A DNA stretch of 64,000 nt from an uncultured Nitrospiraceae bacterium (GCA_963811165.1 CAWEQH010000008.1:320001-384000), one strand, 5' to 3'. Counted from the stretch's first letter, positions 1 through 10,336 are shown. Numbers and translations: made by a program. Notes: a model not told the origin generated them from the sequence alone.

Positions 1-2
1 CA

Positions 3-791
3 CAGCCCTGAAATTCCCTGATGGCAGAGGGCAAAGTCGTATTTAAGCGGGTCTTCCGGGTCGAAGTTTTTGAGCGCCTGAGTCACCTCTACCGCCATTT
101 TCCAGTCCTGGGTCTTCCTCCCGGTAAATCCCAGGCACCGGGATATCCTTGCAATATGGGTATCGAGCGGAATAACGAGTCTGTTTTTCGGTATCTCCTT
201 CCATATTCCGAAGTCGATATCTCTGTCTCTGACCATCCACCTGAGAAAGAGGTTGGCCCTTTTACAGGCACTGCCGTTTACCGGGGAGGGCAGGAACTGG
301 ACAAGCCCCGGAGGTCTTGTGTCCTTTCCGTATACTTGCGAGGTATCTGTCCTCAGGAACGCCTCCACGAGACCCGCAAGCCCTCTTCCTATGTCCGGAT
401 CATCGGGGTTGTAAAAAAACCGAAAGGCATTTTCGAGGGAAGAATATTTTTTTACTATCCTCTTAAGAAGGAACAAAAGGCAGACGATGTCATCGTTCTC
501 ATTGAACCTGTATCGTATACCCTCAAAAAGTCTCCGGTTTTTTTTAACCGAGAAACCCTGCAGAAAATCATAAGGGTTTTTTCCCATCGGCGAGAGGATA
601 TTTTCGACGACCTGAGAAAAGAGTTCCACTCTTCCATAGGCAAAAGAAGAGGCGATAAACGCGGAGACCTCGATGTCTCGCGGGTTTTTGTACCTGAGTG
701 GAAATCTTATCGGGTCGTGCGAAACCCTGCCGGAGAAGTCGTATCCCCCGTAGAACCGGTCCAGGACCTTTTTGAGGCGGGAAGGTGTCAA
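3..791 (-). CDS. TIGR02757/DUF2400 family protein (3' end runs off the window)
   Basis: Not in the ORF track because the stop lies outside the window. Manual minus-strand translation from TTG at 791 (overlapping the upstream TGA) gives MTPSRLKKVLDRFYGGYDF...HDPIRFP...LVIPLDTHIARISRCLG...FDPEDPLKYDFALCH, the motifs of DUF2400. Confidence 0.8.
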   Translation of the reverse strand, partial: MTPSRLKKVLDRFYGGYDFSGRVSHDPIRFPLRYKNPRDIEVSAFIASSFAYGRVELFSQVVENILSPMGKNPYDFLQGFSVKKNRRLFEGIRYRFNENDDIVCLLFLLKRIVKKYSSLENAFRFFYNPDDPDIGRGLAGLVEAFLRTDTSQVYGKDTRPPGLVQFLPSPVNGSACKRANLFLRWMVRDRDIDFGIWKEIPKNRLVIPLDTHIARISRCLGFTGRKTQDWKMAVEVTQALKNFDPEDPLKYDFALCHQGISGL

Positions 792-1990
792 CGGCCCGGG
801 GGAACGGTCCGATCACCGGCGCCCCCTTCGGCGGGCAGAGAGAAATAGAAGGTCGCCCCCGAGCCGGGCTCTCCTTCGGCCCATACACGTCCTCCATGCT
901 TTTCGATGGTCCTTTTGACGATGGCCAGACCGACCCCGGTGCCCTTATATTCTTCATGTAAATGGGCGCGATTGAAAAGTCCGAAGAGTTTGCCGGAATA
1001 TTGCATATCGAACCCGGCCCCGTTGTCCTTCACAAAGTAGACGTTTTCGTGTCCGTCCCTGTTCCCCCCTATCTCAATTATGGCATCGGCCCTTTGAGTT
1101 GTGAATTTGACCGCATTCGAAAGGAGGTTGACGAATACCTGTCTGACCATAGGGGGGTCACCATAGGCCGGAAGAATATTGTCGACCCTGAGTTCGATCC
1201 GCCTGTCCTCGTAAGCGGCCTTAATCTCTTCGAAGGTCTCTTCCGCCAGGGCCTTCATGTCTATTGTCGATTTTTTGAGCTCCTTCGTGCTCACCCTGGC
1301 AAAGGCGAGGAGGTCTTCAATAAGCTGAGCCATCTTCGCGGAGTTTTCCCTGACGGCCTTCAAAAGATGTCTGCCGTTGTCGTCAAGCTTATCTCCGTAA
1401 TCCTCCAGGAGTATTTGTGAAAAACCGCCGATCACTATCAGCGGTGACCTGAGGTCGTGGGATGCCGAGTAGCTGAAGCTCTCCATATCCCGGTAAGAGG
1501 CCCGCAGCTCCTCGTTTACTTTTTCAAGTTCGGCCGTGCGCTCCCTCACGAGTTCTTCGAGATGCTCCTGATGTTTCCTCACTTCCCCTTCGGCTTCTCT
1601 GAGTTTGGCGCGGTCCCCCATTTCCTTGAGCGCCCTGAGCACAGAGGGCGCCAGACGAGACAAACGCTGTTTCACGACATAATCCGTTGCGCCGCTTTTG
1701 AGCGTGTCTATTGCCAGCTCTTCCCCCATCTTTCCTGAGACGAATATGAATGGGGCGTCCGGGCACATGTTCATTGCTATTGCGAGCGCCTCGAGGCCGT
1801 CAAAGGAGGGGAGGGAATAATCGGCAAAGATCATATCAAAGGCGGTGCAGGTCATGGACGCAATAAAATCATCGCGGGTTTCAACCCGGACGGCGTCGCA
1901 CTCAATCCCCTCGGCATTGAGTGTAGCCCTAATTAGCTCTGCGTCGTCAAGGTCGTCTTCGAGATGGAGTACCCGCAGTTTTAATTTCAT
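788..1990 (-). CDS. Hybrid response regulator-histidine kinase (REC + HisKA + HATPase)
   Basis: N-terminal REC domain (LHLEDD, ADYSLP, YVVK), H-box SYSASHDLRSPL, N-box NLLSNAVKF, G boxes DNGAGF and GTGVGLA. Confidence 0.93.
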   Translation of the reverse strand: MKLKLRVLHLEDDLDDAELIRATLNAEGIECDAVRVETRDDFIASMTCTAFDMIFADYSLPSFDGLEALAIAMNMCPDAPFIFVSGKMGEELAIDTLKSGATDYVVKQRLSRLAPSVLRALKEMGDRAKLREAEGEVRKHQEHLEELVRERTAELEKVNEELRASYRDMESFSYSASHDLRSPLIVIGGFSQILLEDYGDKLDDNGRHLLKAVRENSAKMAQLIEDLLAFARVSTKELKKSTIDMKALAEETFEEIKAAYEDRRIELRVDNILPAYGDPPMVRQVFVNLLSNAVKFTTQRADAIIEIGGNRDGHENVYFVKDNGAGFDMQYSGKLFGLFNRAHLHEEYKGTGVGLAIVKRTIEKHGGRVWAEGEPGSGATFYFSLPAEGGAGDRTVPPGR

Positions 1991-2013
1991 ACGGTCATAA
2001 GGGTTTTACCGAT

Positions 2014-2466
2014 CTATCGACTTTTCCCGAGGCTGCCCGGAGGCGGCTCGTTGATGATAGACCAGAAGGCCCCAAGATTTTTGATGGCATCGACGAACTG
2101 GTGAAAATCAACGGGTTTAACGACATAGGCGTTCGTGCCGAGCCTGTACCCTTCGATCATGTCCTTATCCTCACGGGAAGAAGTGAGGATGACCACCGGG
2201 ACCATTTTCAATGACTCGTCACTCTTCATTGTGCGGAGGACCTCAAGGCCGTCCACCTTGGGGAGCTTAAGATCGAGAAGCACCACGACAGGGTTGCCCG
2301 GTTCCCTGGCCGCAAACTTCCCCCGGGTATAAAGATAATCGAGCGCCTCCTCTCCGTCGCGCGCCACGACAACTTCATTTGCGAGATTGTATTCGGCGAG
2401 GCCGGTCAGGGTAAGTTCAAGATCATTCGGATCGTCTTCAACCAGTAAGATGCGCTTTAGTTGCAT
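2014..2466 (-). CDS. Single-domain response regulator (Rcp1-like)
   Basis: ILLVEDD, LLDLKLPKVDG, LTSS, NAYVVKPVDF. Confidence 0.93.
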   Translation of the reverse strand: MQLKRILLVEDDPNDLELTLTGLAEYNLANEVVVARDGEEALDYLYTRGKFAAREPGNPVVVLLDLKLPKVDGLEVLRTMKSDESLKMVPVVILTSSREDKDMIEGYRLGTNAYVVKPVDFHQFVDAIKNLGAFWSIINEPPPGSLGKSR

Positions 2467-4314
2467 TTTGTTCCTCCTTGGTTACGGGGAGAGCAAAGTA
2501 AAAGGTAGAACCCTTATCTATTGAACCCTCGGCCCAGGTCCTGCCCCTGTGGCGCGCGATGATGCGCCTGACATTGGCCAGCCCTATGCCTGTGCCTTCA
2601 AACTCCTCCTGGCGATGGAGGCGCTGAAATACACCGAAGAGTTTTTCATGATACTTCATGTCGAAGCCGACGCCGTTGTCCCTGACGAAAAATACCCTCT
2701 CGTCTTCATTCGGCATGCATCCTATTTCGATAAGCGCCCTCTCCCGTGTCGCAGTAAATTTTACCGCATTTGAGACGAGGTTCACAAGCACGAGCCTCAG
2801 CAGGGAAGGGTCTCCGTACACTTCCGGCAGCGGACCTATTTTCCAGGAGATATCACGGTCCTTTATTTCAGGCCCCAATTCGGCGATGGCCTCTTTTGCC
2901 AGTTTCTCAACACGCACCACCCTCATCCTCATATCAGACCGTCCTATACGCGAGAAGGCGAGGAGGTCGTCAATGAGGAGTCCCATCTTCCTTGCAGAGG
3001 CGGCTATCGTCTTCATGTAGCGGCGGCCTTTTTCATCCACATGCTCCCCCGCCTCTGCCTGAAGGAGTTCGACAAATCCCGTAATATGCCTCAGCGGAGC
3101 GCGAAGGTCGTGCGACACTGAATAACTGAAGCTTTCGAGTTCCTTGTTGGCTGTCTCAAGGTCGGCAGCCTTTTGCTTCAGTTCGGCGTTTATGCGACCG
3201 AGTGATTCGGTCATGCAGTCGAAGGCCCGTGAAAGCTGCCCGATCTCATCGGTAGCACCCGTTCCTACCCGGCATGTGAGGTCCCCTCCCCCTATGATTT
3301 CCGCGCCCTTTTGCAATGCCGATATAGGTCTGGAAAAGGACCTTGCGATGAGCAGGGCCAGGGCGATTCCTAGAATTATGACGCCCCCCCCAAAAAGGAT
3401 CGAGATGTTTCTTAACTGATCGACGGGGGCATACGCCTCTGCAGCGGTGATCTTCGTCACCAGCCCCCATCTTAAGAATGGCATATACCGCCACGCCGCA
3501 AGCACCGGCGTTCCGTTGTAGTCAGTGGTCACTCCGGAACCCTCTTTCCCTTGTGCGGCCATTTGGGCTGGGAATGCCTTTCCTCCATCAAATGCGACCG
3601 ATTTTGTGAGCGCTGCACTTGGGTCATTACGGAGCGGGCTCAGGAACAGAACCGCACCGCCTTCCCGTTTTACGATGAGAGCCTCACCAGTCTTCCCCAG
3701 GCCGGTCGTCTCCCGGATGAATGCAAAAACAGGTTCCATATCAATTTCTATAATAAGTTCTCCCAGGAAGACGTTTTTTGCATCATAGAGCGGCGCGGCG
3801 GCAACCATTTCAAAACGGTCATGGTCGGCCTTGTTTCCGAAGACGTCGGAAAAGTAGATTCCCTTTTTTCCCCCTCAAACGCCCCGACTACCGGAAGCGG
3901 TTTATTTATATCCGCCTTATGGCCACTGGCGCTTGCGTATACAACCCTCCCTTCGGGATTGGCAAGCATGATGTCTAGATAGCCGTATACTGTCTGAAGT
4001 GGTTTCAGCCGTACATCCATCTTTGCCGATGCCTCTTGAAAGGCAGTATCTGCCGTATTATGGGCGTATCTGGTGAGTATCGGCAAGTTCATTTTTATGT
4101 CAGGGATGTTCTGCGCTGCGGCGACGTCTGTCTGCCGCTCAAGGAAGAATGTCTCGATCTTGTTTTTTTTCAGGTCGGCGATATGATCGAGCTGAGAAAT
4201 TCTGACGGCCCTGAGCACGCTCCGGGCCTCGTGGAAAATCAGGGCCCCTAAAAAAACCGTTGGGACAATTGCCAATACCGTAAAAGCCGTGATCAGTTTG
4301 GATTTTATGGACAT
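2438..4314 (-). CDS. Membrane sensor histidine kinase (Cache-like periplasmic domain, HAMP, HisKA, HATPase); one frameshift near 3865
   Basis: ORF 3748-4314 (TM1 + periplasmic part) and ORF 2438-3808 (TM2, HAMP DEIGQL, SHDLRAPL, G boxes) join if one G is added in the G5/A6 run at about 3861-3875, restoring ...GKKGIYFSDVF... Confidence 0.85.
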
Positions 4315-4392
4315 GCCTTTGCCGTTCTCCCGAGCTTTAAATATCCTTTCTCAGTAGTATAGCAAATTTATTTCGGAGGGAAGGGCCTCTTT

Positions 4393-6201
4393 TTACTTAA
4401 CCAGGTGAAACGGCACACTCGTCGATACGACGCCTTTTTTGAAAAGGAGAATACCCTTTATGAGCAGGGCGGTCTGGTTATGAAGGAGGTGGTGCCACCA
4501 TCTGCTCGGCACAAATTCCGGAAGCACGATAGTGATCACGCCGTCAGGATATTCATTCCTGACTTCTTCAATATAATCGAGAAGAGGCTCTATAATGGAG
4601 CGGTAGGGCGATTCGAGGACGACGAGGGGCACACCCATACAGTGCTGGTCCCATTTGGTCTGGATCTTTTTTGTTTCGACCGGATCGAGACAGATATACA
4701 GCGCGACGACGTCGTCGGACAGCGCCTTCCCGTACTTGATCGCATTGAGGACAGCCATCTGGATACCGGAGATAGGAATGACGACGGCGTGGTGTTTGAA
4801 TGCGCCCGCCTTATCGAGACAGACGGTGAGCTGGTCCGCCACAGAGAGATAGTGGGCATGGATCTTTGTCGTCAGATACACGAGCCCTGGTATGGCTATG
4901 AGCACTATCCATGCGCCGTGGAGGAATTTGGTCGATGCGATGATTACAAGGACGATCGCTGTGGTGACGGCCCCTATCCCGTTTATTACCGCGCTTTTGA
5001 CCCAACCCTTTCCCCTGTCTTTCAGCCAATGTTTGACCATGCCGGCCTGCGAAAGGGTGAATGCGCAGAAAACGCCTACTGCATAGAGCGGTATGAGCGC
5101 GTGCGTGTCGCCCCTGAACATGACGATCAGCAGGATTGAAAAGAGACCGAGGATGAGGATGCCGTTTGAGAATACGAGTTTGTCCCCCCGGTTGCCGAGT
5201 TGCCTCGGCAGGAAGCGGTCGGTGGCCATGATAGAGGAGAGCCTCGGGAAATCGGCAAATGAGGTGTTTGCGGCAAGGATAAGGATGAGTGCCGTCGAAA
5301 ACTGGATCACATAATAGATGATCCCCTTTGAGAATACGGCCTTTGCAACCTGGGAAAGTACCGTCTCATTTTCACTCGGCAGAATTCCGTAATGGTCGGC
5401 CAGAAAGGTTATGCCCATAAAAAGAGTGGCAAGAATCGCGGCCATCCATATGAGGGTAATGCCCGCATTTCTGGATTCAGGCGGCTTAAATGCCTGCACG
5501 CCGTTTGCGACCGCCTCAATCCCCGTAAGGGCTGCGCATCCGGATGCAAAGGCCCTCAGTATGATGAAGATGGGCAGAATGTTTGTCGACGCCTCCTTGA
5601 ATGCCGGCATGGGCGGGTGCGGCATCGTGAGATATTTTTTTACGCCGAAGACCATGAGCAGATACAGCGCAGCGATAAAAATATACGCGGGGATGGAAAA
5701 TATCTTGCCGGATTCCCTCACCCCTCTGAGATTGCCCGTCATGATAAGCAGAATTGCAGCAATGCATAGCGCGACGTTATGTTCATGAAGGGCCGGGAAG
5801 GCAGAGGTTATCGCGGCTATTCCGGCCGATACACTGACCGTTACCGTCAGGACATAGTCTATGAGCAACGCCGAGCCGGCAATAAGTCCGGGATAGGTGC
5901 CGAGGTTATCTTTAGCGACTATGTATGCGCCGCCGCCGTTTGGGTATGCGTGGATGGTCTGGTAATATGACATCGCCACAATGGCTATCAAAGTAGAGAT
6001 CGCGAAGGCCACCGGCATGGAGTAATGGAGCATGGCGGTGCCTGCAAGGACAAGGGCAAAAAGTATCTCCTCTGTTGCATAGGCCACAGACGACATGGCG
6101 TCTGATGAGAAGATCGCGAGGCCGGCGATCTTTGTGAGACGCTCATGTTTTTCCTTGATCGTCTCGATCGGACTTCCGATAAGAAAACTCTTAATAGACA
6201 T
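4393..6201 (-). CDS. kimA: KimA/YdaO-like APC-superfamily K+ importer
   Basis: FSSDAMSSVAYATEE, YPNGGGAY, GCAALTGIEA, NTSFADFPRL, C-terminal WWHHLLHNQTA; a c-di-AMP riboswitch lies directly upstream, as for B. subtilis ydaO/kimA. Confidence 0.82.
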   Translation of the reverse strand: MSIKSFLIGSPIETIKEKHERLTKIAGLAIFSSDAMSSVAYATEEILFALVLAGTAMLHYSMPVAFAISTLIAIVAMSYYQTIHAYPNGGGAYIVAKDNLGTYPGLIAGSALLIDYVLTVTVSVSAGIAAITSAFPALHEHNVALCIAAILLIMTGNLRGVRESGKIFSIPAYIFIAALYLLMVFGVKKYLTMPHPPMPAFKEASTNILPIFIILRAFASGCAALTGIEAVANGVQAFKPPESRNAGITLIWMAAILATLFMGITFLADHYGILPSENETVLSQVAKAVFSKGIIYYVIQFSTALILILAANTSFADFPRLSSIMATDRFLPRQLGNRGDKLVFSNGILILGLFSILLIVMFRGDTHALIPLYAVGVFCAFTLSQAGMVKHWLKDRGKGWVKSAVINGIGAVTTAIVLVIIASTKFLHGAWIVLIAIPGLVYLTTKIHAHYLSVADQLTVCLDKAGAFKHHAVVIPISGIQMAVLNAIKYGKALSDDVVALYICLDPVETKKIQTKWDQHCMGVPLVVLESPYRSIIEPLLDYIEEVRNEYPDGVITIVLPEFVPSRWWHHLLHNQTALLIKGILLFKKGVVSTSVPFHLVK

Positions 6202-6281
6202 TAATGAATATCTCCGTTCTTAACTCTTATCAGAGGTAGTTAAAGTGTATATCATTTTTTGACGGGGCAAAACGGAGGGGG

Positions 6282-6307
6282 AAAAAACCGCCGGGAATAT
6301 AGCGGTC
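6282..6307 (-). terminator. Intrinsic terminator forming the riboswitch expression platform
   Basis: Minus strand GACCGCTATATTCCCGGCGGTTTTTT: an ACCGC/GCGGT stem followed by a U run, between the aptamer and the kimA start. Confidence 0.65.
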
Positions 6308-6321
6308 CCAATCTCTGTGCA

Positions 6322-6448
6322 TTGCCCTTCCAAACGCCTGCGAGGTTAGCTGACGGGCTTGGGATTGGAAGTCCCCTATCTCCGTTTTCCGGAGAATACG
6401 CCCCTACCATCGGTTCCCCCGCATCCGCCTCAGGCGGATTTAGGCTAC
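6322..6448 (-). ncRNA. c-di-AMP (ydaO-yuaA) riboswitch
   Basis: Minus strand reads GCCTAAATCC..GGATGCGGGGGAACC..GGGGCGTATTCTCC..TAGGGG..CCCAAGCCCGTCAGCTAACCTCGCAGGCG, matching the ydaO consensus blocks, upstream of a KimA homolog. Confidence 0.9.
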
Positions 6449-6500
6449 AAGTTATTCGTAACTATAAAACCCCGGAAATATTTTTGTCAACAGAACTGTT

Positions 6501-6675
6501 TAGAACCCATCTGAAAATTAGTCATGCCGGCGAAAGCCGGCATCCAGTGACTTTTGGTATTTTATTAGCAATTCACAACTCCATGTCTCTAATAAGAACA
6601 CAGAAGAGTCACTAGATTCCGGGTCAAGCCCGGAATGACCGATAAGAACATCAACCAATTTTGAGATAGGTTCTA
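6501..6675. mobile_element. Non-autonomous miniature element (MITE) with 19-bp terminal inverted repeats enclosing a REP-like palindrome pair
   Basis: TAGAACCCATCTGAAAATT (6501-6519) versus the reverse complement of 6657-6675 (TAGAACCTATCTCAAAATT), 17/19 match. Internal GTCATGCCGGCGAAAGCCGGCATCCAG and CTAGATTCCGGGTCAAGCCCGGAATGAC hairpins. Confidence 0.7.
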
Positions 6676-6740
6676 AATAAACACAGTGTGCCGACTCGTT
6701 GCTATGCCCCGGAAGAACTGACCCGACCAAACAGTTCCCT

Positions 6741-6831
6741 AACAAAATTGTATATCTGTGACAATTATGTAAGGAGTGACAATCGGCTTTTTGATCAAAA
6801 TCAATGAGTTGCAAACTGGCATGGATCTGGT
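6741..6831 (+). promoter_or_regulatory. Putative sigma54 promoter with tandem ACA-N4-TGT enhancer sites and an IHF site
   Basis: ACAAAATTGT (6742) and ACAATTATGT (6761); IHF consensus AATCAATGAGTTG (6799-6811); TGGCATG-GATC-TGGT at 6817 (the -12 element is imperfect). Confidence 0.55.
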
Positions 6832-6843
6832 AATACTTTGGGC

Positions 6844-7041
6844 ATGGAGAAGGTTATGGATTCGCTCAAAGACAAGATCCGAGGGCTGGAAAGGGAAGAG
6901 ATAATCAATGCGCTTCGGGAATGCAACTGGGTCATGGCGCAGGCAGCAAGGAAACTCGGTATTACCGAAAGGATGATCGGATATAAGATCAAAAAATACG
7001 GCATAAGGATAAAGGAGGTGCGATGGATCGAGGATGAATGA
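6844..7041 (+). CDS. Stand-alone Fis/NifA-type helix-turn-helix protein
   Basis: LEREEIINALRECNWVMAQAARKLGITERMIGYKIKKYGI is the typical C-terminal HTH of sigma54 enhancer-binding proteins; no AAA+ domain is encoded upstream. Confidence 0.8.
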   Translation: MEKVMDSLKDKIRGLEREEIINALRECNWVMAQAARKLGITERMIGYKIKKYGIRIKEVRWIEDE

Positions 7042-7113
7042 AGGCCTCAAGGAAATTATGTAACTCGATGTGTGCAATCCTATTAAAAAAAATTTCTCAA
7101 AAAGGGGGAAGCA

Positions 7114-8224
7114 ATGAAGAGAAGTATTTTGAAAGCGAGCAATGGTTCTTATGTTGATTTTGTTTGTTTCGAGGGCATATGCCGAAGACGCAAAACCGTC
7201 GGGACTGAACGTGGACGATATCAAAAAAGCGCTTGGATTGAGCATCTATGTCCAGGGCGGGTATACCTATAATTTCAAAAACCCGGATTCCGGGGAGAAT
7301 GATTTCAGGGTGTTTGACCACAAGTCCAATAGCTTCACTTTTGATCTTGCCGAGCTGATGTTTACGAAAGATGCTCCCCTTGGGGGCGTCGGGTACAGAC
7401 TGAAATTATCTGCCGGAGAGACGGCGAAGTGGATACATTCGCGGGGGCTTGGCGACGTGGGCAAGGACGAGTTCGACCTGACCGAGGCTTATATCGACTA
7501 TCTTGCGCCGATAGGCAAGGGGCTTAAGTTCCGGTTCGGAAAATTCGTCACCATGCACGGGGCCGAGGTGATCGAGGCGAAGGACAATTTCAATTATTCG
7601 CGCGGGCTGCTCTTTAACTATGCGATCCCCTTCACGCATACGGGTCTGATGGCGGGATATGCGTTCTCCGACCAGGTAAGCGCCAATCTCTATGTCGTAA
7701 ACGGCTGGGACAACACCGACGACAACAACAACGGGAAGACCGTTGGGGCGACTCTTGGCTGTACACCCGATTGAGCCGATCGCGTTGACATTTAATTTAA
7801 TGTATGGTCCTGAAAAGGACGACAACAACCACGACAACAGATTTCTCTTTGACTGGGTCGGCACCTTTAAGCCGATTAAGAACGCCACAGTGGTCCTCAA
7901 TACCGATTATGCTACAGAGGAGCATTCGGCAGCTGACGGCGGGACCGCAAAATGGTACGGGATCGCGGGATATGTCAAATATGATTTCAGCGACCTCTTT
8001 AGCGGAACGATAAGGGCCGAGTATTTTGATGATAAGGATGGCACTGAGGACAGGCACCGCGCAGAAGCTTAAAGGAGATAACGCTTACCCCTGAATTCAG
8101 GGTTGCAAAGTCGATCATCGTCAGACCTGAATACAGACATGACTGGTCTGACCAGCAGACTTTCGATGCGGCAAGCAGAAAGAGCCAGGATACCATTGCG
8201 CTCGGCGTGATGTATACGTGGTAA
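7114..8224 (+). CDS. Outer-membrane beta-barrel porin (BBP2/DUF1597-like), frameshifted
   Basis: Signal peptide ending AYA-ED; motifs GKFVTMHGAEVIE, NYSRGLLFNYAIPFTHTG, NGWDN, RAEYFDDKDG, TLTPEF, RPEYRHDWSD; C-terminal YTW-stop at 8222-8224. Pieces lie in different frames (breaks near 7135, 7760 and 8050). Confidence 0.75.
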
Positions 8225-8239
8225 GGATCAATTAAAGGC

Positions 8240-8271
8240 TGCGTCCCGGCCCCGGCAGAGGCCGGGACGCG
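8240..8271 (+). other. Intergenic GC-rich hairpin between the porin and APC genes
   Basis: GCGTCCCGGCC...GGCCGGGACGC is a perfect 11-bp stem without a U tract; it may be an mRNA-stability element. Confidence 0.45.
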
Positions 8272-8300
8272 ATAAACAACACTAACAAAAGGAGTATATC

Positions 8301-10195
8301 ATGTCAGAAACAACAAATGCACCAGTCACCAGAGGGACACTAGGCCTGACGGGTCTTACCATGAACGCGATGGCGCTGATCGCGCCCGGCGCGTTTCTGT
8401 GGCTGACCTTCCAGATGCAGTCTCTATACGGCGCGCCGATGGCGGGCATGTCAGTATGGTTCGGCATATTCTTCGCACTTTTGCTATGTTTTGCGACGGC
8501 TATCAGCTACTCAGAACTGGCGAAGCTCTATCCGGGACCCGGTTCGTCATATCTTTATGCGGAGCAGGCATACCTGTCAAAGACGCATGCCTACAAGTTC
8601 GCCCGTATCGCAAAGTTTATCACGGGTTGGGCGAGTCACCTTTACTACTGGGTCTACCCGGCGTAATGGTCGGCGTGACCGCGATCATCGGCGGATTTCT
8701 GATGAACCAGTTCTGGCCGGACACCTTCAGCGGCACCTATAACAGTCCGCTCTTTATGTGGCTCTTCTGTATCGTATTTGCGCTCGGCGTGGCATACATC
8801 GCCTACCGAGGGGTGACAGGCACGACAGCGGTCAACGTGGTAATCAATATCATCCAGATCTCGGCGCTGCTGGTCTTTTCTGTGATCGCTATCGGCTATC
8901 GCGTACAGCATCCGCAGGGCTCCACAGGGTTCCACCTCTCAAACGGCATTGCCGTGAACTATCAGGTCGCCCAGGAAGTAGTCAAAGACGACAAAGGGAA
9001 TCCTCTGCCGGTTCTGGATGAAAACAACAAACCGACTGTGGACAAGGACGGCAAGCCTGTCTATAAGATGCAGGACGCCCAGGACAAAGACGGTAATCCT
9101 GTCCCTGCCGACAAGGACGGCAAAGCCGGTAACCGACCCGAAACTCGCCGCGCCGTTTACTGTCGACTATTCCCCGGAAGGCGCGATCACAAAGGACGAC
9201 AAGGGGAATGGAGACTTCAATTATCATTAGTACGCGAAATCCGTGGTCTCTCCGCATGGGTTCAACTATATCTTCATCCAGGCGGCGATTGCGATACTGA
9301 TCCTGGTCGGGTTCGAGTCGGTGACTGCGATGGGTGATGAGGCAAAGCATCCCAAAAAAGACATTCCCCGGGCGGTGCTGCTGTCGCTGGTGATCCAGGG
9401 AGCGGTCTGCTATCTGATCGAGTATTTTGCCGCAGGCTATATGCTTCATAACGGCTACACGATGCCGAATGGCAGGCGCTTCCGGCGCTCCGATCGGCGA
9501 CATGATGGTCATCGTCGGTACATGGCTTTTCGGCAGCTACGCTGCAGGCAAGGCGTTTATGCTGGTCCAGGCCTTCACGGTGTTTCTGGCCCTCATCGGC
9601 ACGACCCTTTCCTGCCTCAGCACCGGCGCCCGCGTTACCTATGCCATGGGCCGCGACGAGGAAGTGCCGTCGCACTTCGGCTTGCTGCATGGAAAGACGC
9701 TGTCGCCCCACCGCGCGATCTGGACGCTGGCCGTGATCTCGGCGATCATCGGCATCATCACTGTAACGGTCTATCTGGGCGGCACAACTCCTGCGGCGCT
9801 TGACAAGCACAACTTCTGGTACAGCTTCGGGATCTTCTGCTCCGGAGACCTATGCGGCGCTGCCCAACACGCTGGTCATCATGACGCTGATCAGCAACTT
9901 CGGCACATTCCTGCTCTACATGATCACCTGCTGGATCGCGATGGTGGCCTTCAAGGAACACCACACTTTCAACGGTTTCAAGCATGTGGTCATCCCGATG
10001 TTCGGATTGCTTGCGAACCTGGTCATCATGCTCTTTTACCTGATCGGGCCGTTTACGGTCGCCGGCATGAGCTGGAAGGAGCCTTACATCGCGCTGGGGG
10101 TCGTCGCGCTCTGGGGCATTTACGGGGCTGATCTACTTCCTCGAAGCAGCAAGGCCAAGGGCAAGGAAGTGCTTCTCAGCAGCAAACCTGCGTGA
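8301..10195 (+). CDS. APC-family amino acid/polyamine/cation permease with an acidic repeat loop, multiply frameshifted
   Basis: Strong RBS AAGGAG; TM1 AMALIAPGAF, YSELAKLYPGPGSSY, LVGFESVTAMGDEAKHPKKDIPRAV, GARVTYAMGRD, SPHRAI. Fragments in ORFs 8301, 8399, 9018, 9243, 9427 and 9800. Confidence 0.8.
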
Positions 10196-10336
10196 GCGAC
10201 ATCAACTATAATTTCAAAGGCGCAGGCCTAGTGCCGGCCCCTTTGAGGATCCACAAGGGGTGCACCCTACTGCGGTTACGAGACTGTTAATAACAGTCTT
10301 TTACTTTCGTAAAATAAATGTTAAAGTGATTTAATT

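Noticed and set aside
21..848. 275-aa plus-strand ORF
   Set aside because: Antisense shadow of the minus-strand DUF2400 gene and the kinase 3' end; no recognisable motifs.
3861..3875. Homopolymer frameshift as phase variation or programmed frameshifting
   Set aside because: The runs are short (G5/A6) and similar indels are common in this assembly; sequencing error is more parsimonious.
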